From contig OZ024743.1 in NCBI GenBank assembly GCA_964016885.1, forward strand, positions 74,214,001 to 74,278,000: a DNA stretch of 64,000 bases, given 5' to 3'. The notes under the pieces were generated by a model. It saw nothing but the letters and a program-made list of their open reading frames with translations. It searched no databases and had not been told where the DNA came from. This DNA comes from Eledone cirrhosa. Lineage: Eukaryota. Position numbers and translations under genes: made by a program. The number at the start of each line of letters is the position of its first letter. Position 1 is the first letter of the stretch. Of the stretch, positions 15,307 to 27,479 are shown piece by piece.

Positions 15307-15692
15307 TGGCTGTTGCAGCGGATGTCGGCGGCCATTGTCCGACGAAATGCTTTTGCGATCTTGTCCGCACTCTAGACCCAGAGGCCATCATCCATTCCTT
15401 CCCCCTCCTATTTTTCTGTAGCTCAAGAGTCCTTGCTTTTCCCCTCCTTTTCATCTCATTTATGGCTTTCAAGGTCCTTTCCTCTATTTTCCTACACAGC
15501 CCGATCTGCCCTTCTTTACCCATTCCCCATTTTCTCATTATTTAATTTTGCTTTTATCTTTGTAACTACATACATTGAATTTCAAAGATGGCTGGTACTG
15601 TGCTTGTCTAACATTGAAATAAACATTTACTGTGTCTAACATTAGATTTCACGTATTGAATTAACATAACCTTACAAATATATAAAAGGGAC
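15307..15692 (+). mobile_element. Probable extreme 3' end of a CRE-clade RLE retrotransposon
   Basis: 15307-15375 reads WLLQRMSAAIVRRNAFAILSAL*, resembling the CRE C-terminal QRLSxAIQRGNA motif, followed by a pyrimidine-rich UTR. Confidence 0.5.
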
Positions 15693-15779
15693 CACATTTT
15701 CTTAAGTTTCTATACCTATGTTCTAAAGTACAACACCACACGCGTATAGATTAATATGATATTTTTTAGCTATATCTAA

Positions 15780-15972
15780 TAATTGTTTCTACTTTTGGCA
15801 CAAGGCCAGCAATTATTCCAGTGTATTACTGGTACTTTATTTTATCGATCCCGTAAGGATGAAAGGCAAAGTTAACCTTGGCGGGATTTGAACTCAGATC
15901 ATAAAAGGAGGTAACTCTAAGCTTCAAAGCATGGCGTCCGACCCTCTGCCGATACTGCCAATCCACCGCCGT
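15780..15972 (-). mobile_element. tRNA-derived SINE with Meta-like domain (dominant SINE of the window)
   Basis: B-box GAGTTCAAATCC followed by GCCTTTCATCCTTACGGG.TCGATAAAATAAAGTACCAG; many near-identical copies in the window. Confidence 0.9.
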
Positions 15973-16549
15973 AAATCTAATAATTTAATAATGAAAGCTA
16001 CTAGAACTTCTTTGTTATTTAATTTTTAATGATCACAGAAAATAAACTTAATTACTGGTCAATGTGTCAGTCTCTCGTTCGTTGTTTTGGTCATCTGCAC
16101 TGCTCTTCCTACGCAGATGAAACGGTAAAAAACGTTGTAAATATTACTACGTAGACCAGTTCGGACAATAGTACCCCGATCCCGTTTCAATTTTACTCCA
16201 TTTAGATCACCTATGCCATTGGGAAAGGCAGCGGATACCACGCGGTACACGTTCCAAGGTCTTATGAAAGCTAAGATTTGCATAGATATGTAAGAAGTTA
16301 ATTCACAGGATCCACATGATAGGTGCAATGTGTCGGAACCCGGAAGAGCCAGACTCCCACCGTCATCGCCCCCATCTCTCTCACCTCCCCCCATCTCTCT
16401 GTATAGTGAGCAAATGGGGTCCCTCGTGCTGGCCGCCACACGTTTATATATATATATATATATATATATACCAGAATGGAGGCGGCAAAAACCAGTTAGA
16501 CCATTAATCACCAGAGTACTCGATACTTGGGGTAGTAGAGTGAGTAATT

Positions 16550-16658
16550 TGAAAAAAACAGGACACAGACGGCTCAACTCCAGCAGTTTCAACAGCTATA
16601 TTCGAACTAGCTGTTTAAACGGCCGGAGCTCAGCCGTCGGGGTCCTGAATTTTTTTCA
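16550..16658. repeat. Imperfect ~110-bp hairpin between (TA)n tracts
   Basis: TGAAAAAAA-CAGGAC..GACGGCT..AACAGCTA / TAGCTGTT..AGCCGTC..GTCCTG-TTTTTTTCA. Confidence 0.75.
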
Positions 16659-16834
16659 TATATAAATACATATATATATGTATAATTAAACAGAAATACA
16701 CATTTCTTAAATTTCTATGCATATGTTGTAAAGTACAACATCACACATACGTATATATATATATATAAACGAAAACACGCATTTTCTTTACTTTCTATAC
16801 TTATGCTGTATAGAAAGAGCACACACACACACAC

Positions 16835-16981
<147 letters not shown>

Positions 16982-17127
16982 ATACTTTCAAAGGGTCATG
17001 TTGCCAATAAGAAACACACGCACCAGGTGCTTTCACTTCAATTTATTATAATAAATTTATAAATTTAGGAATTTATAAATTTCCGGTTGCTTGGTTGGTT
17101 CCACAATCAGATGATTGTTTATATATT

Positions 17128-17170
17128 GTCAAAGTTATTTCGTCACACATTATGTGACCTCTTCAGTGAC
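17128..17170 (-). ncRNA. Minimal type I hammerhead ribozyme motif (PLE pLTR)
   Basis: gtca-CTGAAGA-g-gtcaca/tgtgac-GAAA-taac-TT-tgac. Confidence 0.7.
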
Positions 17171-17369
17171 TGGGGATTCTTTTCTTTGTTTTTGTGCCTC
17201 TCCTTTGTTCTGTCCTACGCCATCTTGTTTTTGTGTGTGTTGTGTGCTTAATTTGCGCATGTGTTACATACGGGTGTCTGTGTGTGTTTATATTTGTTTA
17301 TTTATTTGTTTATTTACATGTTACTGATTGGTTGTTTGTTCTATGTGCGTGTGTGTTTTCATTTTGTCC

Positions 17370-18575
17370 TTAATTGTAAGTTGTGATGTTGCTGTTCCAT
17401 TCATGTTTTCTATTTAATTTTGGTTGGAGTTCATTTATGTTTATTGCCTCTGTGATTTGTCTAAACATTGCGTCTTTTCTGTGTGTAGATTCTATTTTTA
17501 TTTCTATGTTCTCTAATTTACCCTTATGTTCTATTTTAGCATGTTGGTAGAGTACAGATGATTCTTTACTATCTTGAAGGTCTCGCCAGTGTTCATTTAT
17601 CCGTTCCCCTATACTACGAACTGTCTCACCTATGTACACTATATTCTTATCTCTACATTGTCCTACAGTAGATCTTATGCTATATACTACATTTCTAGTT
17701 TTACAGTTAATATTGGGGCTTAATTTATAGATTATACATTTCTTATCTATACAGGGAGGTCTTTGAAAAGGGTATGTATTGCTAATAAGGTTTTTTATAG
17801 AGGTACCTGGTCTTTCTACTATCTTAATATTGAGTTTATGTTTATCTAGAGTCCTTCTAAATTTGTAAGGTAATTCACCTCTAGGGGTTGTATCGATGAG
17901 CATTACACTCTGGTATTTATTGCTATCATACCATGAGTTTATTCTATTAACCTTATTCCTAGTTCTTTCTATTCTATTCCAAAATTTGCTCGTATACAAT
18001 GGGGCAGGTCCCATTTGTGTCATTATTTACCATTTTTTCCCATTTGGTTCTGGCTCCTCTATGTACTCTGATTTTATCTCTCTGATTGTAACCAGAGAAC
18101 TGCATTCGGTGGATGAAGTGTTGTATGTGTCTCTCTAGTTTTTTGGGGTTGCACATGCGGGACACGTTTCTCATCACCCGTACTAAATCCGCAATCAGTA
18201 TGTTGATTTTATTATGGTCCAAAACAGCTGAGTTTCGGTGGATCAGATATTTGGAAGTCATGGGTTTGGCATAATGGGAATGGAGGATTTGTTTTTTGTT
18301 ATTAATGGTATCTAACCAGAGTTCTGTGTCTAGTACAGGTAATCGATGGTTGGGGTGTTTGCTAGGGTAGTCTAAAGTAACTCTAATACTCTGGTGGATG
18401 GAGTTAGCTATTTGCTGGATGCTTTCCATGGTGTATTTCTCTAATTCCTGACTGTTCTCTAGTGGGGGTGTTTTTACTACGATGTTTATATCATCAACGT
18501 AGCGGGAGTACATTATCAGGGTTAAGTGGTTGATGTCTTCTAATTGTTCTTTAAGTTTAAGTTTAAGTCTATTGT
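17370..18575 (-). pseudogene. Penelope-like RT C-terminal half + GIY-YIG endonuclease (frameshift near 17990)
   Basis: YSRYVDDINI, RLPVLD, HYAKPM, RMQFSGY; NCKTRNVVYSIR...YIGETVRSIGERINEH...RQITEAINI...LNRKHEW. Confidence 0.9.
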
Positions 18576-19182
18576 CCCGCCATAACCCCCCCCCCCCCCC
18601 ATGTATAGATAAGAAATGTATAATCTGTAAATTAAGCCCCCATATTAACTGTAAAACTAGAAATGTAGTATATAGCATAAGATGTACTGAAGGACAATGT
18701 AGAGATAAGAATATAGTGTACCTAGGTGAGACAGCTCGTAGTATAGGAAACGAATAAATGAACACTGGCGAGACCTTCAAGATAGTAAAGAATCATCTGT
18801 ATTCTACCAACATGCTAAAATAGAACATAAGGATAAATTAGAGAACATAGAAAAAAAATAGAATCTACACACAGAAAAGACGCAATGTTTAGACAAATCA
18901 CAGAGGCAATAAACATAAATGAACTCCAACCAAAATTAAATAGAAAACATGAATGGAACAGCAACATCACAACTTACAATTAAGGACAAAATGAAAACAC
19001 ACACGCACATAGAACAAACAACCAACCAGTAACATGTAAATAAACAAATAAATAAACAAATATAAACACACACAGACACCCGTATGTAACACATGCGCAA
19101 ATTAAGCACACAACACACACAAAAACAAGATGGCGTAGGACAGAACAAAGGAGAGGCACAAAAACAAAGAAAAGAATCCCCA

Positions 19183-19225
19183 GTCACTGAAGAGGTCACA
19201 TAATGTGTGACGAAATAACTTTGAC
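19183..19225 (+). ncRNA. Inverted copy of the same minimal hammerhead motif
   Basis: Same sequence as 17128-17170 on the opposite strand. Confidence 0.7.
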
Positions 19226-19654
19226 AATATATAAACAATCATCTGATTGTGGAACCAACCAAGCAACCGGAAATTTATAAATTCCTAAATTTATAAATTT
19301 ATTATAATAAATTGAAGTGAAAGCACCTGGTGCGTGTGTTTCTTATTGGCAACATGACCCTCCCAAAGTATAACAATATCGGTTTCAACACACGTTTTCA
19401 GATAAAGAATCTTGCTAAACAAATTCAGAAACGAAATATATATATATATATAGTATTAAGGATACGATTTATGGTTATGTATATACTAAAACCTTTTATA
19501 GTTATATATATTTTAAACCCTAAATAGTGAAAGACAGTAATTTATTACTACCGTATTACCAGTAAGATAAATAGCTCAATGTAATAATATCAGTTGTTCT
19601 ACAGAGCAGTTATATAGAAATTACATGAATCAAAGTTCTGTTCAAACCATTTAT

Positions 19655-19703
19655 TCGCTTACAATTGTTTCTTCCAAACCGAGGTTTGGAGTCTTCGGAG
19701 AAA
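19655..19703 (-). ncRNA. Hammerhead motif with variant core CCGAAGA
   Basis: tttct-CCGAAGA-c-tccaaacc/ggtttgga-a-GAAA-caattg-TA-agcga. Confidence 0.65.
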
Positions 19704-21183
19704 TTTTTCAATGATTGTTTACATACACGACCTCCTTTCCAACACAAGAGACATACAGAAACATATGTATATATCGATGCACAGTGGGTTGACATCCATT
19801 ATAATATTTTAGCATGGCAATTTACATTCAAAGATTAAAGTCACATTAAAGAAAACAAAATTAAAGTTAAAATACAACATTGGCAGTTTACGAAGATAAT
19901 GCAATAGGATAGTTAGAAGTAGTTAATGTATGTAATAGTTACACGTGGGGCATGCACGTGTTTCTTATTTATATAAGATTATAGTGCAGCGGGGTGTTAT
20001 ATGTAATACAAGCACTTTAAGCGGGCAATCAAGAGTATTATGGGGGTTGTATTGGTAAAGTATTTTTTTATGTATGATATAGAAGCTTGTGTGCAGAGAA
20101 ATATTAAAAATATTAAAAATGAAAAGCAAAACAATGTTATGGTTTTCGTATACACCACCATTTTCACAATCCAGGAAACGTAATATATAGATTATATGTC
20201 CTTCACATAATCAACGATGATTCAATATTGGATGCTTGATGAATTAGGTTAGAATATTACAGCTTGTTGTTCTTTAATCCAATTTTATAGAGCAGGTTGT
20301 TTTTGTTGCGAGAATTAACATCGTATTATTTTCCGGAAGTCTGTGTGTGATTAAGGGGAGTTAATGCGTGAGGGGAGGTAACTAGCTGATTTCTATAACT
20401 AAATTTATTATCCTAATGTACATTAAATGGTGTCTCAAATGAGTCCCTATCATATAAGGTTATAAACGGTTTCTAAATAAAAGTATCCTATCTATAAATT
20501 ACAGTCTAGTCTATCAAGAAGTACTAAAGGTGTTCATATTAGGATGATTACCCTCTATCATAGAGTGCCACAACTGAATATTCCACATGAAGAGTCAGAT
20601 CCCCAAATCAATGATCTTTGTAAGTGTAGTCTACCCGCAGAACCTGGCAGGGTTTTATTAGAGTCACTTCTATATATAACTCCTGGTAAGCTCTGGGTCA
20701 GTGCATGTCTGATGGCATGGCAAAGTTAAATATCACTAGGGTAGACCAGAGATCAATTCTCACTTACAATGTCACTAATCTGACCATCAAGTCATACATG
20801 TATGTATAACTCATACATCACTTGTACATAATTCATTGCACTCAGCATATAGGTTATATAGTTCTTTTATGTTAATAAATTAATTAATCTTCCATTTATC
20901 CAATGATGACACTCCATACTCAGAACAACATTAGCACAACCAATTCAGTGTTTAAATTTTACATAAATTATATAGTGGTGTAATGTAGTCTAAGTAATTG
21001 AAGGCAATTATACCAAAAGTAGATGTACATGGGGATATCTCTAGGGTAAAAGGTTCTAGAAGGATGTCACTATTTGTGTTAAGGTGGATCAATGAGTGTG
21101 GAGATGTGGTGTAAGGTGTGCCCTTGAGGTTTGTTGCTAAAGGTGGTGACGGGTTCAAGTCTGACATTGTTATATATTGGGTT

Positions 21184-23199
21184 TAAAGTTTAGGAGTGTC
21201 GGAAGCGGTGCTGGCAAGACGCGAACACTCCGATTTTTTATTAAAGAGGTTATAGTTTGAGAAGATAATAGTATGGGTCTCTAGTAGACAGAGGTTACAA
21301 AATTTATTAGGTGGTTTGTACGATGTCGCGTTACCTATCACTGCCCATTTAAGTGTATAAGATTTATTTTTAGTTTTTAGATAGTGTATGTAGCTAGATA
21401 GTAAAGTGGAGTTGGCTAGACTGTGTTTTTTGAAAGAGTGGAGGTGCGAATTGTATCTGGTTTTGAAGCAGTTTGAAGTAGAGCCTATATAGGTTTCAGA
21501 AGAGTTGCTAGTTGTGACGGTGCATGAGTATATGATATCCTTGATTAAGCATTTTTTATCTAAAGGGCAGGTTCTATTTGATCTAGTTACAATTATTCTG
21601 CGTGTTGGTCTGCCGGTTATTATGTTGTGTAGAAGTCTGGATGGTAGCTATAGGATTATGTTTATGGGGGTTGTCGTTCCCAGCGTTATTGCTTACACTA
21701 GTGCTATTACTATTATTACTATTGTTATTAGGGTTAGTTGATATAATGTTATTATGAAGGTTTATCGTCTGTTGTGATTTAGTTTGTTGGAAGTAAGAAT
21801 TAATTTTTCTTTTATTGCTACTAGCTATGTTAGGCGTAGTAGAGTAGGAGATTTTAATAGTGTTTTTGTTTAAAAGGCTATGGTACTTGTGGCCAGATGG
21901 GAAGTTTTTATCTAGTAGTGAGAAGAAAGCCCTAGGTAGGTTGGTAGAGACGTTTAGATTGAAAGGAGGGTTGAAAAATGTATTATTTCTTCTTCTATTT
22001 TTGTTTTTTTATGTCTGGTGAGTTATTTCCTTTTATGGTGTGGGTTACTTTTGTTGGCATCCTCCGTATTAGTGTGTGTGTGGTTGCTATTCTTATTACT
22101 AAATTTCCTAATGGACATATTGTGCGAAATAATGTTGTAGCTATGTGTTTTTGTAGGTAGGAACTCGATCTCTATATTATGGCCTGATCTAGCTAATGCC
22201 TGATTATAATATTGCGTCGAGTCACTAGATCCCATGGTTATGTCGAAGTTGTTTTGCGTATCTTTGCGGGTCCATAATTGGTCTTCAAAGGGGATTACGG
22301 TTTTACGGGCCGCAAGTATGACATCAATCTGGGGTCTAGTCAGGTCACTATTGTCCATGGCCATGATTAGTGCCTTATTTAATAGGATAGGTGAAATAGA
22401 GGTGTAATATGAATTGATATCAAATTGAATACATTTTTTATCCTTGTTATCCTTGATATCTTTGAACCATTTAATAACTTCACCCGTATTTCCCCATTGT
22501 TTAAGGTATATCTTGTGTTTAATCTGTGGGGTGATTTTACTAAAATTTTCTTACTGATAATGCCAATGTCAGACTTGGAAGGGCAGATAAGTCTAATCGA
22601 GGGGTTGCTAATGAAGTCCTCCTTATGGTCCTTCAGAGAGAATCTAGGGGGTTTGGGGTATATGGTTGTGTATGTCTCTGAAGTCCTAGTTTGGACACTA
22701 TATTATAGCCTTCCATATTAATATCTTCTAAGTTTTTCATAGTAGTTTTCTTGTAGCTTTTATGTAGTTCATTATATATAAACTTTCTATAAGTATTATA
22801 ATCTAGGCTGTATATGTTATTAGTTTTGTCCGCATGTACACTAATTTTATTACTAGTTTTGAATTCATTAATAGAGGTGTTAAGTTCGTTTAAGATGGTG
22901 TTGTTTATATTACGGTGCTTTTTGTATTTAATGTTCTTAACTAGTTTTATTAGGTCATTTTCAAAGGAGTTTAGTAGTGTGTTATGAGGGGGGGGGATTC
23001 TAAAGGTTTTAAGGCCGAAGGAGTCAAATTTGTTAGTATTATTAACCTTGTTAGATTTGTTTTTATCATAATGGAATGTCCTCAAACTCACTCTATTGAT
23101 AAAGGAATTTACACTGTCGATCAATAATGTCTCATATGTATTCTTGGATGGTATTGGTATGTTCTTGGTTGACATAGGGAGTTGGTCTTTGATCAGCAT
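21184..23199 (-). pseudogene. Naiad-like RT + C-terminal GIY-YIG endonuclease, frameshifted and internally deleted
   Basis: STKNIPIP, ADKTNNIY, SLKDHKEDF, RLICPSKSDIGIISK, FDINSYYTSI, FDITMGS, FNPPFN, KISYS; 21184-21569 translates CPLDKKCLIKDIIY...YIGST..FKTRYNSH...LKW...CNLCLLE (no ATG, so absent from the ORF track). Confidence 0.88.
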
Positions 23200-23448
23200 A
23201 CTGGTAATTTATTGTATGTCAGCTCAACAGTATGGAGCAGTTAATAGTATTATGGATACTATTTATGGTTATGTATATACTAAAACCTTTTATAGTTATA
23301 TATATTTTAAACCCTAAATAGTGAAAGACAGTAATTTATTACTACCTTATTACCAGTAAGATAAATAGCTCAATGTAATAACATCAGTTGTTCTACAGAG
23401 CAGTTATATAGAAATTACATGAATCAAAGTTCTGTTCAAACCATTTAT

Positions 23449-23497
23449 TCGCTTACAATTGTTTCTTCCAAACCGAGGTTTGGAGTCTTCGGAGCAA
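23449..23497 (-). ncRNA. Hammerhead motif with variant core CCGAAGA (upstream pLTR)
   Basis: ttgct-CCGAAGA-stem II-GAAA-caattg-TA-agcga, stem I fully paired. Confidence 0.7.
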
Positions 23498-24471
23498 TTT
23501 TTCAATGATTGTTTACATACATGACCTCCTTTCCAACACAAGAGACATACAGAAACATACAAATAAGTACTAAAGGTGTTCATATTAGGATTATTACCCT
23601 CTATCATAGAGTGCCACAACTGAATATTTCACCTGAAGTTTCAGATCGCCAAATCAATGATCTTTGTAAGTGTAGACTGTAATTTATAGATAGGATACTT
23701 AAATTTAGAAACCGTTTATAACCTTATATGATAGGGACTCATTTGAGACACCATTTAATGTACATTAGGATAATAAATTTAGTTATAGAAATCAGCTAGT
23801 TACCTCCCTCACGCATTAACTCCCCTTAATCACACACAGACTTCCGGAAAATAATACGATGTTAATTCTCGCAACAAAAATAACCTGCTCTATAAAATTG
23901 GATTAAAGAACAACAAGCTGTAATATTCTAACCTAATTCATCAAGCATCCAATATTGAATCATCGTTGATTATGTAAAGGACATATAATCTATATATTAC
24001 GTTTCCTGGATTGTGAAAATGGTGGTGTATACGAAAACATAACATTGTTTTGCTTTTCATTTTTAATATTTTTAATATTTACTGCACACAAGCTTCTATA
24101 TCATACATAAACAAATACTTTACCAATACAACCCCCATAATACTCTTGATTGCCTGCTTAAAGTGGTTGTATTACATATAACACCCCGCTGCACTATAAT
24201 CTTATATAAATAAGAAACACGTGCATGCCCCACGTGTAACTATTGCATACACTAACTACTTCTAACTATCCTCTTGCATTATCTTCGTAAACTGCCAATG
24301 TTGTATTTTAACTTTAATTTTGTTTTCTTTTAATATGACTTTAATCTTTGAATGTAAATTGCCATGCTAAAATATTATAATGGATGTCAAACCATGCATC
24401 GATATATACATATGTTTCTGTATTCTCTTGTGTTGGAAAGGAGGTCATGTATGTAAACAATCATTGAAAAA

Positions 24472-24520
24472 TTTCTCCGAAGACTCCAAACCTCGGTTTG
24501 GAAGAAACAATTGTAAGAGA
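24472..24520 (+). ncRNA. Hammerhead motif with variant core CCGAAGA (inverted pLTR)
   Basis: tttct-CCGAAGA-stem II-GAAA-caattg-TA-agaga. Confidence 0.7.
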
Positions 24521-24649
24521 ATAAATGGTTTGAACAGAACTTTGATTCATGTAATATATATATATATATAAACTTACAAGAAGTGGGGGTGTTACCATTT
24601 TTTACGTTTCCCTTTCAACCAGCAGTGTTTGTATTATTAATTGACATAT

Positions 24650-25145
24650 AAGGGCGGGGAATTGGCAGTATCGGTAGAGGGTGGGACGCCATGCTTTGAC
24701 GCATAGAGTTACGGCCCTTGCCATTCTGAGTTTAAATCCTACCAAGGGTAATTTTGCCTTTCATCCTTACGTGGTCGATAAAATAAAGTACCAGTAATAC
24801 ACTGGTTTATTGCTGGCCTTGTGCCAAAAGTAGAAACAATTATTAATTGACATATACGGCCCTTTTACGATCTGAGTTCAAATCCCACCGATATTTGCTT
24901 TGCCTTTCATCCTTACGGAGTCGATAAAATAAAGCACCAGTGTTGCACTGGGGTCGATTTAATCGACTTTCCCATCTCGCCAAATTGCTGGCCTTGTGCC
25001 TATAGTAGAAACCATTATTAATTAACATCTATTTTCGGCAGTGTGTTATGGCCCTTTACCTTCTAAGTTATAATCCTGCTTTGCCATTCATCCTTACGAG
25101 GTCGATAAAATAAAGTACCAGTCACGCACTGGGGTCAATTTAATC
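24650..25145 (+). mobile_element. Three tandem Meta-like SINE copies (one full, two 5'-partial)
   Basis: GCCTTTCATCCTTAC..GTCGATAAAATAAAG occurs three times. Confidence 0.85.
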
Positions 25146-25954
25146 TTATCCAAAGATGGAAGGCAACACCAAATACCACTCTCAGAAGCCCCGGTAAGGG
25201 CAGAGTGCAGAGGAAAGCTAGCATGAATGATTGCATCAGATGAGAACATTTAATAGGGTTCAAGAAGCAGGTGTTTGAGTTAAGCCGAGTGACGGATTAA
25301 TTCTACCATCAAAACCAGGAATGGTCCCTTGGACAGGGTCTCAAATGGATATAATCTCTGCGACGCTATAGTAGAAGACATTTGTGCAGAATAACAACCT
25401 GGACAAATGTCAGCTCTTATAGTCTCGAGAAGAAAGCAGGAGATTTCGAGGTAAACTTCCTATCCACATAGTGAACTCAAGTCCATGTGTACATATGTAA
25501 GTGTACACACACGTTTAGTGTAGTCGTGTCAAAACGTTTATTTACAATAATATAAGATACACTATATCTATGTGGTCAGGAAAATTAGTAAATGATTCCT
25601 TATGAGCTTCATTTTTAACCTTAGACTCAAAGTTTTTTGTATTAACGGAACACAGTCAATGATATGTTGTAGACATTTATAGGAAATTAAATGAGACAAA
25701 ATGGCTACAAAATAACATGGAATGATTTAAAGATTGACGTAGGTTAAATATTTGAAGAAAGAGGTGTACATATTGAGAGAGGAATGCCAATAAAAATATA
25801 GAATGGGATGTGTGTATTAGAATGGTGACGTCAGTAAGTCGTTGAAATATTAATGAAGTGACAAATAACATGTTGATCCCGGAATTAATACAATATCCTC
25901 CTATATATAAATTTTATATTTCAGGAAATATATTAATTGATTTGGCTTAATTAA

Positions 25955-25991
<37 letters not shown>

Positions 25992-26186
25992 GAGCTTCAT
26001 ATTGTGTTGTTGTTATTGTTGTTGTTGTTGTTATTGTTGTTGTTGAGCTGTATATTGTGTTGTTATTGTTGTTGAGCTGTATATTGTGTTGCTGCTGTTG
26101 TTATTGTTGTTGTTGTTGTTGAGCTGTATATTGTGTTGCTGTTTTTGTTGTTGTTGTTGTTGAGCTGTATATTGTGTTGCTGTTGC

Positions 26187-26232
<46 letters not shown>

Positions 26233-26280
26233 GAGCTGTATATTGTGCTGTTGTCATTGTTGTTGTCGTCGTTGTTATAG
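25955..26280. repeat. (GTT)n tract punctuated by GAGCTGTATATTGTG
   Basis: Direct reading. Confidence 0.9.
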
Positions 26281-26459
26281 TGTTACTCATTTTATATCTC
26301 TTGCAGTTGCAATTGTTGTTGTTGTTGTTACTGTCAACATTTATAGCGCTAATAAGATATTACAATAACTGCTACAGCTGTTGCTGGTCATCTTGGTGAT
26401 GTATCATTTACCCTACCTTCGGGTTGACCTATGCCTTACCTGTGAAACTGGGTAGAGAG

Positions 26460-26662
26460 AGAAACAGTCCATTTGATGGATTGTATCTGTAATTCATAGG
26501 GCCAGTACTGTCACACTCTGTCAAACTGAATATTTCCAAGAATTACCTTCAGAGTACACGTGTTTATGGAATCCTGCGTCGCTTACACGTTAATGTTATG
26601 AACAGGCTGTTCCGTTGATCGAACAACTGGAACACTCATCGTCGAAACTGACGGATCCCCAT
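26460..26662 (+). mobile_element. Degenerate SINE 3' body (octopus-type)
   Basis: TGTCACACTCTG..CTGAAT..ACACGTTAAT..CAGGCTGTTCCGTTGATCG; homologous in reverse to 27480-27600. Confidence 0.55.
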
Positions 26663-26829
26663 TTATATTGTTGTAGCAACCACTGTTGATATTGCTATGT
26701 TAGAGGCTGTGGCAGTGAAAGGAACTGGATATAGAGAAAAACAGTTTGAAGTTCGTCTGAAGGACTTTATCTGTAAGTCAAACGGCCAACATATATCCGT
26801 CGATCGACTTTCGACAGTAACAACAACAA

Positions 26830-27011
26830 CAATGTTTCCGTTGGTCTTTCCAATTGCTAATACTATCTATCGGTCGCAACTCCAGGTAGAAGGAGCAATG
26901 TGAAATAACATGTCTTGCTTAAGGACATAACGCATCGCCCGGTCCAGGAATCGAACTGACAACCTCACTATTGCGGATCCAGTTCTCTAACCATTCAGCC
27001 AGACGCCTTCA
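26830..27011 (-). mobile_element. tRNA-derived CORE-like SINE
   Basis: Minus strand TGAAGGCGTCTGGCTGAATGGTTAGAG (A-box) ... GTTCGATTCC (B-box) ... CCTTAAGCAAGACAT. Confidence 0.75.
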
Positions 27012-27306
27012 CTCTAACCATTCAGCTACACGCCTTCATTCTAACTATTCAGCCACATGCCTTCACTCTAACCATTCAGCCACGCCTTCACTTTAACCAA
27101 TCAGCCACACGCCTTCACTTTAACCAATCATCCACACGCCTTCACTCTAACCATTCAGCCACACGCCTTCACTCTAACCATTCAGCCACACGCCTTCACT
27201 CTCACCAATCAGCCATACGCCTTCACTCTAACCATTCAGCCACACGCCTTCACTCTAACCAATTAGCCACACGCCTTCACTCTAACCAATCAGCCACACG
27301 CCTTCA
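26985..27306. repeat. 27-bp minisatellite (~12 units) CTCTAACCATTCAGCCACACGCCTTCA, equal to the SINE 5' end/A-box
   Basis: The unit is the first 27 nt of the adjacent SINE. Confidence 0.92.
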
Positions 27307-27479
27307 TAGTCGGCCAACATAGTCATATTCTATCCAACTGAATCGCTCTTATGTTTGAGGTTGTGCCAGTGAAAGGTTTGGTTTATAGTTTAAAAATACC
27401 CATAAAAATAAGGAATAAACGAACAAGAATGTTTAAAAGAAGAGAAGAGAATATAAGTTGAAATCGAAGAACCTGCTTC

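Larger units (their letters stand above)
19453..24553 (-). mobile_element. Naiad-type Penelope-like element with direct (23265-23557 = 19470-19765; 23565-23677 = 20519-20628) and inverted (23675-24553 = rc 19620-20508) pLTR copies
   Basis: Repeat architecture read directly; (TA)n at both ends; three HHR copies; Naiad-like protein motifs. Confidence 0.9.

Noticed and set aside
16078-16136. Hammerhead-like hairpin ending GAAACGGTA, with nearby octamer ATTTGCAT and CCGGAAG motifs
   Set aside because: No CUGANGA core; single short promoter-like motifs are expected by chance and no snRNA was recognised
21184-21620. Selenocysteine-encoding Naiad (UGA at conserved Cys plus SECIS)
   Set aside because: Visible Cys codons are TGC/TGT; the second Cys of the CxC motif is lost in a frameshift and cannot be read; no SECIS-like element recognised
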